Of a stretch of 64,000 bases of DNA, positions 47,105 to 64,000 are shown in pieces. The stretch is from assembly GCF_009914755.1 (NCBI RefSeq), contig NC_060938.1; one strand, 5' to 3'. Every line of letters begins with the position of its first letter. Position 1 is the first letter of the stretch. Under the pieces are notes generated by a model. The model made no database searches, was not told where the DNA came from, and saw only the letters and a list, made by a program, of their open reading frames with translations. Source of the stretch: the human T2T-CHM13v2.0 reference genome, Homo sapiens. Position numbers and translations under genes: made by a program.

Positions 47105-48410
47105 TCACCTACCAGAATGTATGCACCACCAGAATATACGCACCAGGAGAAGAGGGAACCCTGCAGTTTGCTTAACACTGCATCATATCAGGGTATTTCC
47201 CAGCCCATGACACACAAAGAATATTTTCTTGAATGAATAATAAATACACTAATGAACTAACAAAGAAAGCATATCAGAACACCAATGCAGAGAGTAATAT
47301 TATCCTTGAATCCATTCCAATTTGAAACATAATAATAAAAAGCAAGTCCTTTTCAAAATGTAGCACAATAACTATGATTTGTAGGAAATTACTTGAAATC
47401 TACAACATGATGTCTAGAGTAGGAGGCAGAAGGAAAATGGCAGCCCCAGAGCTGGTGTAGTCAGGAGGAGCATCCAGGGGCAACGATCTGGACAGACCTT
47501 GAAAGATAGGTAGGATTTAAGCAGGGAGCAAACTAGAAAAGGGGAGAAAAGGGTATTCCAGAACTTGAGGGCCAAAATGAAAGAAAGCCTTGATAGCACC
47601 CAGGCATCCAATTCTTAGGGATCCCATATCCTATCAGGAGCAGGACTGGGCACAGGGGGTCTTGGCAGTGCATACGACAGGCCCCTTCTTCTGTGAGCTT
47701 CCACTCCAGCTAGTAAAATCAGATTTGTAAATATCGACTTTTGCATTAATAAATTATTTCCTAATTACATGGTAGGAGCTCTGAATACTTGCTGGCTGGA
47801 AGGAAATCCAGAAGACTATTTAACATTGATTAGAAAGTTGAGTTTAAGGTGGAAGCAGGAATCTGCCTTTGGGGTAAACCCCTCTATTGTAGGAAGGGCA
47901 ACCTTGATGGGCTCTCCCAATCATGAGGATAAAAGTCAATTTCTCCTCCTCTTCCTTAGCAGAACTCCTGATATTGGTAAAGTCTTCCAAGGTCAAATAC
48001 ACAGGACTGGGACACTGAGGAATCTGGCTAATACTGTCAAAAGCCACCTCACCAGGAGCATATCATTCCAGTGTAATTTCTTTATTTTAATCATGCCTCC
48101 CACCTACCTAAGCCACTATTATTGGAGAATATATCTGGCAAGTTAATAGGAAACACTTAGAGTGTAGGATCTTACTCTATTTTCTGTTGCTTATAACAGA
48201 ATCCCTGAAACTGAATCATTTATAAAGAAAAGGAATTTATTTCTTACTGTGGTAGACACTGGAAAGTCCAAGGTCAATGGGCCACATCTGGTGAAGGCCT
48301 TCTTCCTGATGGGGACTCTGTCTACAGAGGTCCAAGGCAGCACAGGGCATCACATGGCAATGGAGGGGGCTGGGTATGCTAACATGCTTTCTCAGGTCTC
48401 TCTTCCTCTT

Positions 48411-48710
<300 letters not shown>

Positions 48711-48742
48711 CTCTCTTCCTCTTCTTAAAAAGCCACCAGACC

Positions 48743-49011
48743 GGCCAGGCGCAGTGGCTGTAATCCCAGCACTTTGGGAGGCCAAGGAGGGCGGATCACG
48801 AGGTCAGGAGATTGAGAAGATCTGGCTAACACAGTGAAACCCCGTCTCTACTAAAAATACAAAAAATTAGCCGGGCGTGGTGGCGGGCGCCTGTAGTCCC
48901 AGCTACTCAGGAGGCTGTGGCAGGAGAATGGCATGAACCCGGGAGGCAGAGCCTGCAGTGAGCGGACTCCAGCCTGGGCGACAGAGCAAGGCTCTGTCTC
49001 AAAAAAAAAAA
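48743..49011 (+). mobile_element. AluY-like with small deletions
   Basis: TSD aaaagccaccaga. Confidence 0.92.
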
Positions 49012-49511
49012 GCCACCAGATCCACTCCCATGAGAACACATTGACCCATTAATGCATTCATGACAGCAGACCCCTCGTGGTCCAATCAGCTCTTAAAGGA
49101 CCCAGCTTTCAATGTTACCTCATTGGGGATTAAGTCTCCAATACATGAAATTTGGAGGACACTTTCAAACCACAGCAATAAGTTTAAAAGTAAAGATTCA
49201 CAAGACTGCATGCAGGTTAAGCAATTTTGAAGTATTCCATTCTTACCCATGGCAGGTCTTCCTAGCCAAGTACACTGGGTTCCAATTATCCCCACAGCAT
49301 TTGGTTCTTCTAGAGCAGAGAGAGTGTATTTTTGAAAAGCCTCCATTCCACAAAAGCATCTGGCTCCTGAGACCTCTTCAGTACAGCCTCAGCCACTGGA
49401 GCCTGGGACATGACATCATTGCTTCAGGGCCATAAGTTACTAGGGCTCCCCCAAAAGTTTGGCTGTGGAGACTGGGGAATCAGAGATATGCAGGGGTAGT
49501 GGTCTCTCTCT

Positions 49512-49810
<299 letters not shown>

Positions 49811-50283
49811 GGTAGTGGTCTCTTAGCCCACTGTTCCCTGCCAAGGTAGTGCAGACAGAGTGGATCCCAGTCTCCTCCAGATTTCTCATCTGAGTAGAGA
49901 TGTGGCACAAAGGAATAAGGAAGCGTCACGTATAGGAGGGGCCATGAGATTCCTCTACCTTCTTTCTGTTTCCCAGACCTGCCCCATTTCCTAGACCTGG
50001 GAGTCCCTAAGCTAACTTGGAGTTTAGAGGCAGCTCAAGTGCCTACTCTACTTGGAGATAGCCTTCCCCTGATTCATGGCCAAGAGCACTCATCCTCTAT
50101 AGCTCCTTGAAAAGCAATCCTGGTGTCATAGACACATGACCATGGTATCAAGCTATCTTTTCAGCAACAGCAGGAAAACTTCCGAGTGGTTCCCCTTTCC
50201 AAGAAACCTTTGCTGAGAAAGCTTCCTTAACTTTGTTTATAAAATGGGCTCTATCCTTTTGCTTAACTTTTCAGTAATATCTG

Positions 50284-51287
<1,004 letters not shown>

Positions 51288-53346
51288 ATCCAGAAGAACT
51301 TTTCAAGGGGGTCCCACAAGGTTATGTTTTGTACCACTGTCTGCACTCAAAAGAGACTCCCTGAAACTCACAGGGTTCAGAGTTGCAAAGAATGTGAGGT
51401 GTGATCTAATACCTCCAACTTGAGCTATTTATCATTTCAGGTACTGAGAGGCTATGTTACATCCTCTCCAATTGATGAAGATTTGTTCTTAATCATTGAC
51501 TGAGGGAGAAGACACTTGGAATTTTCCATTTAAATCTCAACTCAAGAGCTTTCTAGATGCAGTAAGCTAGGACATCACTCTGGATTGTATTGTAAAATTA
51601 ATTCAAACATTGTTTCCAGTTTTTAGGTTTACATAAAACAGTGTCCTTTAAGACAGGCTGATTATTTGAATAGAATATCAGGGTCATTCCCATCTCCATC
51701 TCATTAGCTTTATTCACTTATGCACATGCACACACAAAGTATCTACCAGCTGCCCCCCACATAAGTCACAGTGTGATCGTCACTGAGCAGGTGGGTAGGG
51801 AGGAGTCAGCCAGCAAACACAGGGCTGCCCCTCCAGGAACTTCCTGGTATTCCAGCCTCCAGCAACGACTGAATGCCTCTAGTCTGCAGCTTCCACTTCA
51901 TTTTCTTCCTTTTCATCTCTTTTCCATTAGTATCTGTGCCTTCCAAAATTACAACTTGGTCGTCTAAGGCATTCAAGTTGATCCGCTTAAGGCAAACTGA
52001 GATGTGAGTAACCAATACATCCAGACCTCCCGGGGGCCGCCATTTTGCTGACAAGTATGACTTTGCCACAAACTAAAATGAAGCTCCACTTATTTCTCCT
52101 CTTTTGCATCCTCTTCCAATTGACGGCAAATGCAGGGAATATGTTTTTCGTGCCAGTTGCTTTCTAAGGCCTCTTGACTGCTCAGATAACTGTTTTGCCC
52201 AAGAGCACTAACCCTGTCCATGTTGGAAACGTGCTTGGAGTCCTAATTCAGGGCCCATTCTAGGCATTTGGATTTGAGAGATGAATCAAGACCTTGCCCA
52301 CCAGGAGCCCACAGCCTAGTGAAGCACACCACCCGCAGCAGCAGTTACAACACAGGAAGTGCTGCAAGGGAGGTGTGAACAGACTCTCACCAGGGACCAC
52401 AGGCTACAAGGCCTCCCTAACTAAAGCCACCCCTCTAGCACGGCACAGAGAATTACATGGGACTTGGGGCAGCTGGCCAAGGACCTGTACCACTCCCTTT
52501 GGGTTTTACATTTCTCTCGAGGGTTTTCTCATTTCAATTACTGTTCCAGTCACCACACTGATCCCCTCAGGCCTACGGCAAGGTGGGGGCACACTGCTTT
52601 CATTACTGAAAAAGTAAGGCAGAAGAAAGGGAGAACATCTGAATCTTCATCTATGGAATGGGGAGGAAAAACAGTAGCTACAGTGTCTGCACATAAAGAC
52701 GTGATCACAGCGCCTGACACAAAAGCAGCGTTAGCTTTCGTTGCTGGGACCTACCACTGTTGGGCGATGGTAATAATCATGAACTCAGATCCAATCCAGG
52801 ACGGAGCCTGCTGGAGCCTGCCCGGGACTCCCAAGCACAGGCAGCTGCACATCACACCCCCTTCTCACGGTGGCTCTCCACCCAGACTCAGACACAGCTC
52901 TCTGCTAGGGAAGAAAGTGAGGGCTGGCCCGGCAGGACAAGCCCACATCCAGCAGAGACTGGTGTGATCCCACAGCTTCGCCTGTTCCCGGGGTGCGTGT
53001 CGCCATCCACCACCTGCTGTAACTCTGAGATCCTTGTGGGCAGGAAACATGGCTTCATTACACGTTGTAGAAAAGGGGCTGGGAACATGGGAAATTTCTA
53101 ATCTGGAAGGGGCTCTTGGAGAGAGTTATGTCCAGCTGTTTCACTTTAAAATACAATTACTGATGACATATTTTTTAAATGCCGAAAAATTAAAAGAAAA
53201 TTTAAATGGTCCACCTAATCCCCGACATAAACGGATTAGCCAAATGTAAATTTTTTTTAAGTGATAAACATGCCCTTTAAAAAAAAAAAGGCAAAACAGC
53301 ACAGGAAGGAAGAAAATTAAAGCTAAAACATTTTGTTCCCTCTTGC

Positions 53347-53675
53347 TTTTTTTTTTTTTAAACATATGGGGTCTCACTGTGTTGCCCAGCTGCAGTCTCA
53401 AACTCCTGGGCTCAAGCTCCAGCAGTCCTCCCTCCTTAGCTTCCCAAATAGCTGAGACTATAGGTAAGTGCCACCAAGCCCACCAAGCTCCCAGCTAATT
53501 CTTCTTCTTCCTTTTCTTTTCTTTCTTTGTTTTTTTTTTTTTTTTTTTTTTTTTGGGTAGAGATTAGGTCTCACTATGTTATTCAGGAGGGTCTCAAACT
53601 CCTGGCCTCAATCCATCCTCCCACCTCAGCCTCCCAAAGTGCTGAGATTACAGGCATGAGCTAGCACTCCTGGCA
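53347..53675 (-). mobile_element. Alu (AluJ-like, rearranged)
   Basis: Diverged antisense Alu with an expanded T-rich linker. Confidence 0.85.
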
Positions 53676-53788
53676 TTTTCCTCCTGCCCTGAGCCCCCAG
53701 TCCTTCCTACTTTTTTCTTGTGGATCCTGCCAAAAATAATAATTAAAATATGAGCATATATATGCATGCACATATATACATGCATCTA

Positions 53789-54254
<466 letters not shown>

Positions 54255-54479
54255 CTACAGTATGATCTTGAGCAGATTATATAACTTGACTGTGCCTCAG
54301 CTTTTTGATCTGAATGATGGGGATAGATGAGTTAACACACGTAAACTTCTTAGAATGCAGACAGCACTCAAATATGTATTGCTATTATTTACTCCTGTTG
54401 TATCTTCGTACCCCCTCCCTATCCTCCTATTTAAATGCTGCCCAGTGTGCCAGGACGTATCATTTGGGCTTTGAACCAG

Positions 54480-54850
54480 TCCCCTGGTGGTGAATATCGA
54501 GGTTGTATCCAGTTTGGCTGTTGCTGTTACAAACAATATTAAGACATCCTTATTCACCAGTTGTTAATACTGTAGTGAGAAAATCCACCAGACATATTCC
54601 AAAGGGTGAACTTGCTGGGTCTGTGCATCATACATTTTGAGAGACGTCGCCAGATGCCCTCCCAAAATGCTCTGCCCATATACCCTGACACAAAAGCCAA
54701 GTGAACGTGCCTTTTCCCAGCCCCTCTCCAGAACTGGATATTCTCAAATTTTGCATCATATCTGCTCTCTAATAAGCAAGTGACAAAATGGCACTCCTTG
54801 TGTTGATTTGAACCTCTTTTATTATGAGTGAGGTTGAGAACTCTTTAATT
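54480..54850 (-). mobile_element. Old L1M fragment
   Basis: ttccaaagggtgaacttgctgggtc...ttattatgagtgaggttgag resembles antisense L1M. Confidence 0.6.
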
Positions 54851-57045
54851 TGCAGATGAGAGAAACTGAGACCCAGGGGTCCCCTAACTGGCTTCAAGTG
54901 TGACCCTGAGGTAGTCAGTGGCACAGACAAGCCTGAGGTCAGAACACCTGTCTGGGATCACCCTAAGATGCCCAGACCCACAGCACCAGGAGGAGTGTCT
55001 GACAGCCATCGGCCAATCCCTGCCTCCTCCCCTCTCCAAGGCATACCCAGTTGGGTTAGGGTGACCAGCAATCCCAAGGCAGGCAGAAGTTTCAGCCCTG
55101 TCCTCAGTCCAGGAAGCAGGGTTGAGGGGCTTCTCCAACTGAAGGTTGCTGCCTGCAGCTAGTAGATAAGGAAAGCCTTGTCTCCACACTGCCTGAGGTT
55201 CAAGGGTGTTTTTCTCTTATTCCTGTTATCTCAAGTCTCTGTTCTGTCTTGGAGCAAAGAGTTCATGTTGTGACTGGGCTTTCGTTTTCTTTCTCCACCT
55301 CCTCTGTGGACCTGGACTTCTTTAACTGGGAAAGAAAGCTCCTTGGAGTAGGAAATGGGTCTGCTTTGATCGCCCTCTGGGTGCCTTGCCCCAGTGGATG
55401 AACGGAGCAGGAGCTGATGGACTAGCTCTGGGGGAGAGAGAGTGAGGTCTAGGTGATGGGCTCTGCTACTCCCTGGCACTGTGTCTTTGGGTAAATCCCT
55501 CTAGGTCTCACTGTCTTCATCCGAAGGAGAGAAAAGGCACCTAACACGCAGGATCGTTCCATGTACACGTCCGTGCTTTGAAAACTGTGAAGTGCAACAC
55601 AAACAGAGGATCCTGGTGAATGTCAGCGAGTTGGTCGCCACGGGCTTCCACGCAGGTGCGTTTTTTTAAAGAGGCAACCAGCTTCAGTCATGCAGGCAGG
55701 GCCTGCCCCTGTTTTGAGATATTCCTGAAGCTGTCCACCTCCCACCCAAGCACACCAGAACCAAGCTGATCATCATAACACAGACTGAGTCGTGGTTTCA
55801 TCTTGATTGGGCAAAAAAGTATTTCATAAGCGTCTATTTATACACCAGCTAAACTAGATGTTCAGCAAATCCTCATTTGTTTGGCAGACGCTGGAAGCTC
55901 AGTCCTACTTAGTGGAATTTCTCAGCCAACTGATACTCATCACACATTAGAATTAGAAAACAAAACTGGCTATTTTGAAGGGAATCAACCTACAATTATT
56001 ACATATTTCTCTCTGACTTTCTAAAAAAAAAAAAGCATTAAATGCAGTTCTACTCTTTTTCTTATCTCACTGCCACCACCATAAACACCAATTATTCTAC
56101 TGACTCTAGAATCATAAGAGCCTGTTCTACCACTCATAGCTTTGAGACTTTCGGCAAATTATTTAACCTCTTTGTGCCTCAGTTTTCTCATCTATGAAAG
56201 AGGATCAGAAAACCAAGTTAATTAGGAAATGTGGCTGCAATGAGAACACAAAACCAGCAATCTACTTAAAATTTAGTGCATGGATTTGGAGATAACTGTT
56301 TTTCTCTCTGAGATATTTTTTATTCCTACCCAACTCCTGGCTATATTCCAGATAGCTGAATTTGCTGGCAAAGTAAACATCTCTTATGTGGACATGAATT
56401 TCTTTTGGGGCCTTGAAAAACATAACTAAGGCCCCCATGGAACGCATTATGCCAACAAGCCAGGCACAGACACAGGCACTCCGTCCCAAGCACGGAGATT
56501 TTCAGCCAATGCCTCGGAGCGGCCCAGTAGAGCTAACCTAAATGAACAGAGAGAACCAAGTCAAGGAAAGCAAAAGCTTCCCTGACCTTCATGAGGGGGA
56601 GGAACCTTCTCTACCACTCAGCAATAAGTAGAGACCAATGTCCAAGCCAACTGGGCTTGGTCCTTGCAAGGAGAAACATGCAGATCCCAATAGGGGAAAT
56701 GAAATAAAAAGAATGACTTAAAACACTGGGACAATCCACAGTGAACATGTAGGAGGGAAGTTAAGGCACTGAGGCCATTCCAGTTTTCTGTCTAGGAGGA
56801 GCATGAAAGTGGCCCTCTAGTTGGCCAGGAGGCGGGAGGCTGCAGGTTGCCATGCAATGCATAGCAAGCGCACAGTATGTTTGCTTGAGTGGCTTATATT
56901 TTTGAGCAAAAGAGATTATGGGCACCTACCTAGACCCTTGAGCCACCCTGTGGTTCAGACCCTAGAAAGGACAGTGCTGAAGAGCTGAAGCCACCCTACC
57001 TGAGAGTAATCCATTTTCCTCAGAAGGATGTAAAGAATTCTCCTG

Positions 57046-57318
57046 GGCCGGCTGTGGTGGCTCGTGCCTGTAGTCCCAGCACTTTGGGAGGCCAAGGTGG
57101 ATGGATTGCTTGAGCCCAGGAGCTCAAGACTAGCCTGGATAACATAACAAGACCTGTTATGTCTACAGTTTTTTTATATTTTTTAATTAGCCAGGTGGCA
57201 CACACCTGTAGGAGTGGGAGGATCACTTGAGCCTAGGAGGCTGAGGTTGCAGTGAGCCGTGACTGCACCACTGCACTCCAGCCTGGGAGACAGAGCAGGA
57301 CCTTGTCTCAAAAAAAAG
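57046..57318 (+). mobile_element. Alu (AluJ-like)
   Basis: Diverged sense Alu with an internal deletion. Confidence 0.88.
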
Positions 57319-57439
57319 ACTTTAAAAAAAATTATCTTGCTTCAGTTGAGCTAGGTCTCTGGAGTTCTATCTACAATACTGAAGACACATACTACAAACA
57401 TCACAAGGCCATTTATAAATGCTTCAGCTCTCTCTCCTT

Positions 57440-58076
<637 letters not shown>

Positions 58077-58151
58077 ATGTGCACAACTCAGCCGCCCAGA
58101 AGTGACCTTCTTCTTCCAAGTTGGTAATTGTCAAGTGTTTAATTGCATTAA

Positions 58152-58514
<363 letters not shown>

Positions 58515-58649
58515 TCATTATATATGTAGACATAATTTTTAATTATCAGATGCCAGACTTCTTTCCAAAAGGTAAATTATAAAGCTGAGCTCTCAAACAA
58601 TTTCCATAACCCTTCTGTGAGGTTAATTTATCACCAATTCCTTTCCTGA

Positions 58650-59049
<400 letters not shown>

Positions 59050-59107
59050 AGAAGGTGATCATTTTAATAAATTCCAATTTCTGATATGGAAGATTTACTC
59101 CACAACG

Positions 59108-59393
59108 CTTTTTTTTTTTTTTCCTTTTGCTCAAGCTGGAGTGCAGTGGCGTGATTGCAGCTCACTGCAGCCTCGAACTTCTGTGCTCAACCAAACTTCT
59201 GTGTGGTGCTCGCACCTCAGCCTCGCAAGTAGCTGGGACCACAGGCGCACACCATCATACCTGGTTAATTTTTTTGTAGAGATAGGGTCTTCCTTGTTGC
59301 CCAGGCCAGTCTCAAGCTCCTGGACTCAATGGATCCTCCTGCCTTGGCCTCCCAAAATGCTGGGATTACAGGCACAAGCCACCACAGTTGGCC
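59108..59393 (-). mobile_element. Alu (AluJ-like)
   Basis: Diverged antisense Alu. Confidence 0.85.
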
Positions 59394-60514
59394 TCCACGA
59401 CACTCTTGACCAACAGCTACATTCACTCTTGTAGATGTCAGGATGGGCTGGCCAAATGAGAATTATTTTATTTTCCTGGTAAATCCAGAGTTTTAAAACT
59501 CCAGATGTTCTTTGAACATTACCATGGGTTGACACCCACTAGAGCCAAGTTCAACATCATTATCTCATTTCTCCAAAGGCATATTTCAATTTGTCATTTT
59601 ATTTAATACACAAAACATGAATTTAGGACAAAATTTGTAGTATTCTCCCACGCTAAAAAAAAAAATAAATCCACAAATTAAGTTTTTCCATAGCAAAATA
59701 CATCAAAACACATATGTCTTACACAGTTGCAATGCAGTCTAAGAAAGTCTGCTAAGCTGTGACCGATAACATCTTCATCATTGCTACGTAACAGACCCTA
59801 CAGACACAGATGCTGTTTACACAAACCTACTGATTTACTCATCTTAGGTCAGATTTACTGTTTTAGCCATCATTACTTTTTTCACTTATAAATCAGAACC
59901 AATCTAGCCATTTTAGTGGCCAAAATAACTATACCATGATCTAATTTCTTAGATTGTTAAAATAACCAGATCAGAGTGAGTCACTGCTGGTGAATCAATA
60001 AAGTGCTTGGAAATAAACAGGGGGAAAAAGACATGACCAACCAATTGGCTATCAAAGCCAAAGGACCTGCCCACCACCACATCCTCACCCCAAGCCTTGT
60101 AATTTACACCTACATTCTGATATTCCAAGGTGCCGAGGGCCAGTCTGTAAGTACCTTGATGTATGTGTGGCAGAACCACTTGGTTATAATAGTCAATTAA
60201 ATTATTAATGAAAGAACTGTACAAATAAAAGCATCATGCTCTTTTATGGAGTAATAATTATTATCTTAAGCAATGCAAATTGAATAATAAGAATCGTCAG
60301 GACAGTTCAGTGATAAGCTAACAATTTGCGGCAATCAGACCAAACATCTCTGCTCAAGCTGTCTAATAAAATAAATAGCAGCTTGTTGACATTTTTGTTC
60401 AGTTGAACACACAGACAACCAGAGGCTACTTGTATGTCTCGGGTAGAAGAGCCAAGAAAGAAGTGGAGACTGAATGATATAAAAGTGGAACCAGTTCTAA
60501 TGGTGGTAATTTAG

Positions 60515-60839
<325 letters not shown>

Positions 60840-61099
60840 AGGTGTTTCCATATCTTAAGGAAACAACAAATCCTATAAAGTGTCCCAGAATCAAATGACA
60901 TTATTTATACACACCCATATATATAAAGACATAGATATTTACTTATACATATGCATTCCATGAATAGACCTATATATAAAACAATATTGTAACCAAGTAT
61001 AATGTTGCAGTTACATTCATGTAAAGAAATAAATCAAATGCTGTGGTAATAATAGGCCATCTCTAGTAAGAAGTAGTAGTTAGAATAGTAGGTCATCAC

Positions 61100-61392
<293 letters not shown>

Positions 61393-63701
61393 TAACAATT
61401 TAAAAGTTAAACAAAAATAGTTATCAAGCACCTAACTACCTACAAACAGTCTTGTGCCATTCCATAAAAGAGCAACCAGCAGGCCATTCATTTCCTTATG
61501 TAACTTATAGGGCCCCAGTGGGATAATGAAGAATCATATAGTCTTCAAACAGAACTTGGTACTACCCGATTCTTCACCAGTTTATCCAAGACTGATCCAG
61601 GAGAGAGTGTGTCAATACACAAGATCCAACAACACAGGGAAAATCTATTAAACCTGAACTGATGAGTAATTTGGACCTTTCGGTAGCTGCTATTTCCTGC
61701 CCCTTGTTCACCTGGGAAACTATGTATCGCTGTGAGATAAGGATAACCTGTGGTATTTGGGGTGGGGGTGCCGTGGGAGGGGTAGGCAAAGGCAATTAAG
61801 TCTCATCAACTTCCAGCAGGAATAAACACTGAGGAATGGGTTTAAACTTCTTGCTCTCGGATGTTTGCATGTCACAAACACACACCTTTTTGTACTAGAG
61901 TCCTAGTGTTAGGTAAAAGTCCACCTGTTCAGAGGCCATCTGACTGCACTTTTGGGGTGAGATAATGCCCTTTCCAAAAGCCTCTCCCCTCCTTCACCGT
62001 GAGCTGATACATCTATCATATTGACTGGGCCAATCTGAATGCCATTCTCCTTCAAGAGATCCCAACTTCAAAACAGCCCTTCCTCCTCAGACTCCCGGCA
62101 GATGCCCCTGCTCGGACCCCCAACTGCTCCTCTGAACCAAATTCTGCCCAATTAAACCAAAATGCTCTCGCGTGTACTATGTTGACACCACCACTGAGGG
62201 AGCTATGAGCTTTGAGCATAGTTGAGTTTGGGCTCAAATGACTTGATCTCTGGTTAATGCTCAAATATCCATTTTGGGAGTTCATATGCACACATCAGAG
62301 TGAGAGAGAAATCAACATGGACACATAAACCACATAAACATATTCACTAGAGGGAAACAGCACAGTGTCGTATTTTCCACAGCGATTAAGAGTCACCTCT
62401 GCCTTTGCAGGGGGTTGGGTCCGCCACATTTCCACCAGGAGATAAACCTGAGTGACCTAGAGTGCTGAAGACCGATGCCTGTTTATCTTTTCAAATGCTA
62501 TCCCCCCACTCCTTAAACCAGGAAGAAAGTCTTCATTGCTGGTGTATCTCTAACACGTGATAATCTTCTTTTTCATAAGAAGGATAAGCCACTGTCTTCA
62601 GACCTGCAGTGAATGGTAGTAAGGGGCCAGGAGGGAGAAATAGAGAAGGAGGCAAGAATGACACCCAGGAGAAGGGGCAAGAGAACCCCAGGCAAGGAGG
62701 CTCTGGGATCTGGATTTCACCCAGCAATAAAATTTCAAAAAATAGTTTTAGGGACAGGCGTATGTACATGGCCAACTTTTTGTTTTGCCAAGTAAGGATA
62801 TTGAACTCACTGTCTTGAGCTTATTTTTCTCATTTTGCCTTAGACTGGGGGAACACTCACGTTTGAATACCTACTTGTGCATATCTGTGTACTGTCTGTG
62901 TCCCCCACCCCCTTAGACTAAGCCCAAGCACGGCACCTCGGAATTGCCTCTGCCTCCCACACAGAAGCTCCCTAGGGTCCAGAAACCACTGAAATAGACC
63001 AGACTGGATCCCCGATCTGAGGAGTATTCCATATTTCTCCTTTCACTTGAGAATGTTTTACACTTCCTTATCTTCCTATCTTCCTTCAGAGAATTTCTGT
63101 GAAACATCTTTTCTAGGGTGTTATAAAGCCATCTTAAAAAAAAGAAATCAACACTTTCTCCCCAGGAGTCACTTCAACCCTTGATAAGAAAGTAGTTTAT
63201 GTGCTTCTGAAGGAAATGAATTCTAACTAAAAGGGCATTCCCACTTTCGGCCTTGGGGCCTCACCCACAACAGCCAAGAACACAGCTGCAAAGAGTGCCA
63301 AGGCCTTCTTCCTCGGGCAGAGCAGCCAAGGGGCAAAGACTTTCCAAGCCTGCATCTTGAGAATACACCACGGCCAGCCAGGATGACTGGGCTGAAGGGA
63401 ACCAACTTGAAGGCTCTGGGCCAGACCCAGAGCTTTCAGCAACAAATAAGGATTTAGACCAGCTTAATTTCTGAATTCTTGGAAGACAAAGACCATGTAT
63501 ATTAAAGTGGCCGGCACGATGCCTATTTGCCATGTGTAAATAGGCATTGAGTCAATTTTTTATGGCAATCGTGATAATGTTGATGAGAACAACAGGAGAA
63601 AAAAAAAATAACCAAAGTCCTTTATCCCTTGAGAGGAGACTGGATCTGGCCTGATGACCCCTCACAGGTTATACCAAGAGCTTCCACAAGGCCTTCAACG
63701 C

Positions 63702-64000
63702 TGATATAGTTTGGATATTTGTCCCCACCCAAATCTCATGTTGAAATGTAATCGCCAATGTTGGAGGTGTGGCCTGGTGGAGGTGTCTGGGTCATGGGGG
63801 AGGAACCCTCATAAGTGGCTTGGGTCATCCCCTTGGTGATAAGTGTGTTCTCACTCTGAGTTCACATAAGGTCTAGTTGTTTGAAAGTGTGTGGCGCCTC
63901 CCCTCACCTCTTTCTCCCATTCTCGCCATGTGACGTGCCTGCCCCCACCTTGCTTTCTGCCATGATTGGAAGCTTCCTGAGGCCTCCTCAGAAGCAGATG
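63702..64000 (+). mobile_element. MSTA-like MaLR LTR (cut by window end)
   Basis: tgatatagtttggatatttgtccccacccaaatctcatgttgaa...gcttcctgaggcctcctcagaagcagatg. Confidence 0.88.

Noticed and set aside
52294-53101. 107-167 aa ORFs
   Set aside because: Non-ATG starts, no recognisable domain, partly over MIR-like sequence.

Overview
Human-type (primate) genomic DNA, repeat-rich (about 55 Alu copies or fragments counted by eye, plus LTR, DNA-transposon, MIR/L2/L1 remnants). I can support no protein-coding exon: the long ORFs in the track come from the GC-rich island or from Alus. The main landmark is a CpG island (~1.8-3.65 kb) acting as a divergent promoter. It holds a minus-strand non-coding first exon ending at a canonical CAG|GTGAGT donor (2590) and a plus-strand two-exon antisense RNA (donor 3515/3516, acceptor 4876/4877). 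From memory this architecture matches FOXN3 / FOXN3-AS1 on 14q31-32; that identification is not verified by a search. If it is right, the rest of the window is upstream sequence and intron of the longer FOXN3 transcript. The best leads are regulatory or structural: paired RFX X-boxes at a second intronic promoter, uORFs and an acceptor-like 5' edge in exon 1, a muscle-type TATA/MEF2/E-box/CArG module with unused-looking donors at 15.5-18 kb, a HERV-H LTR7 with a mutated SOX motif, a 33-bp perfect templated duplication, and a quasi-palindromic hairpin carrying the AAGUGCU (miR-302/372-type) seed. None proves a new biological system; all are testable hypotheses. Repeat subfamily names come from recalled consensus sequences and boundaries are approximate unless TSDs are quoted.
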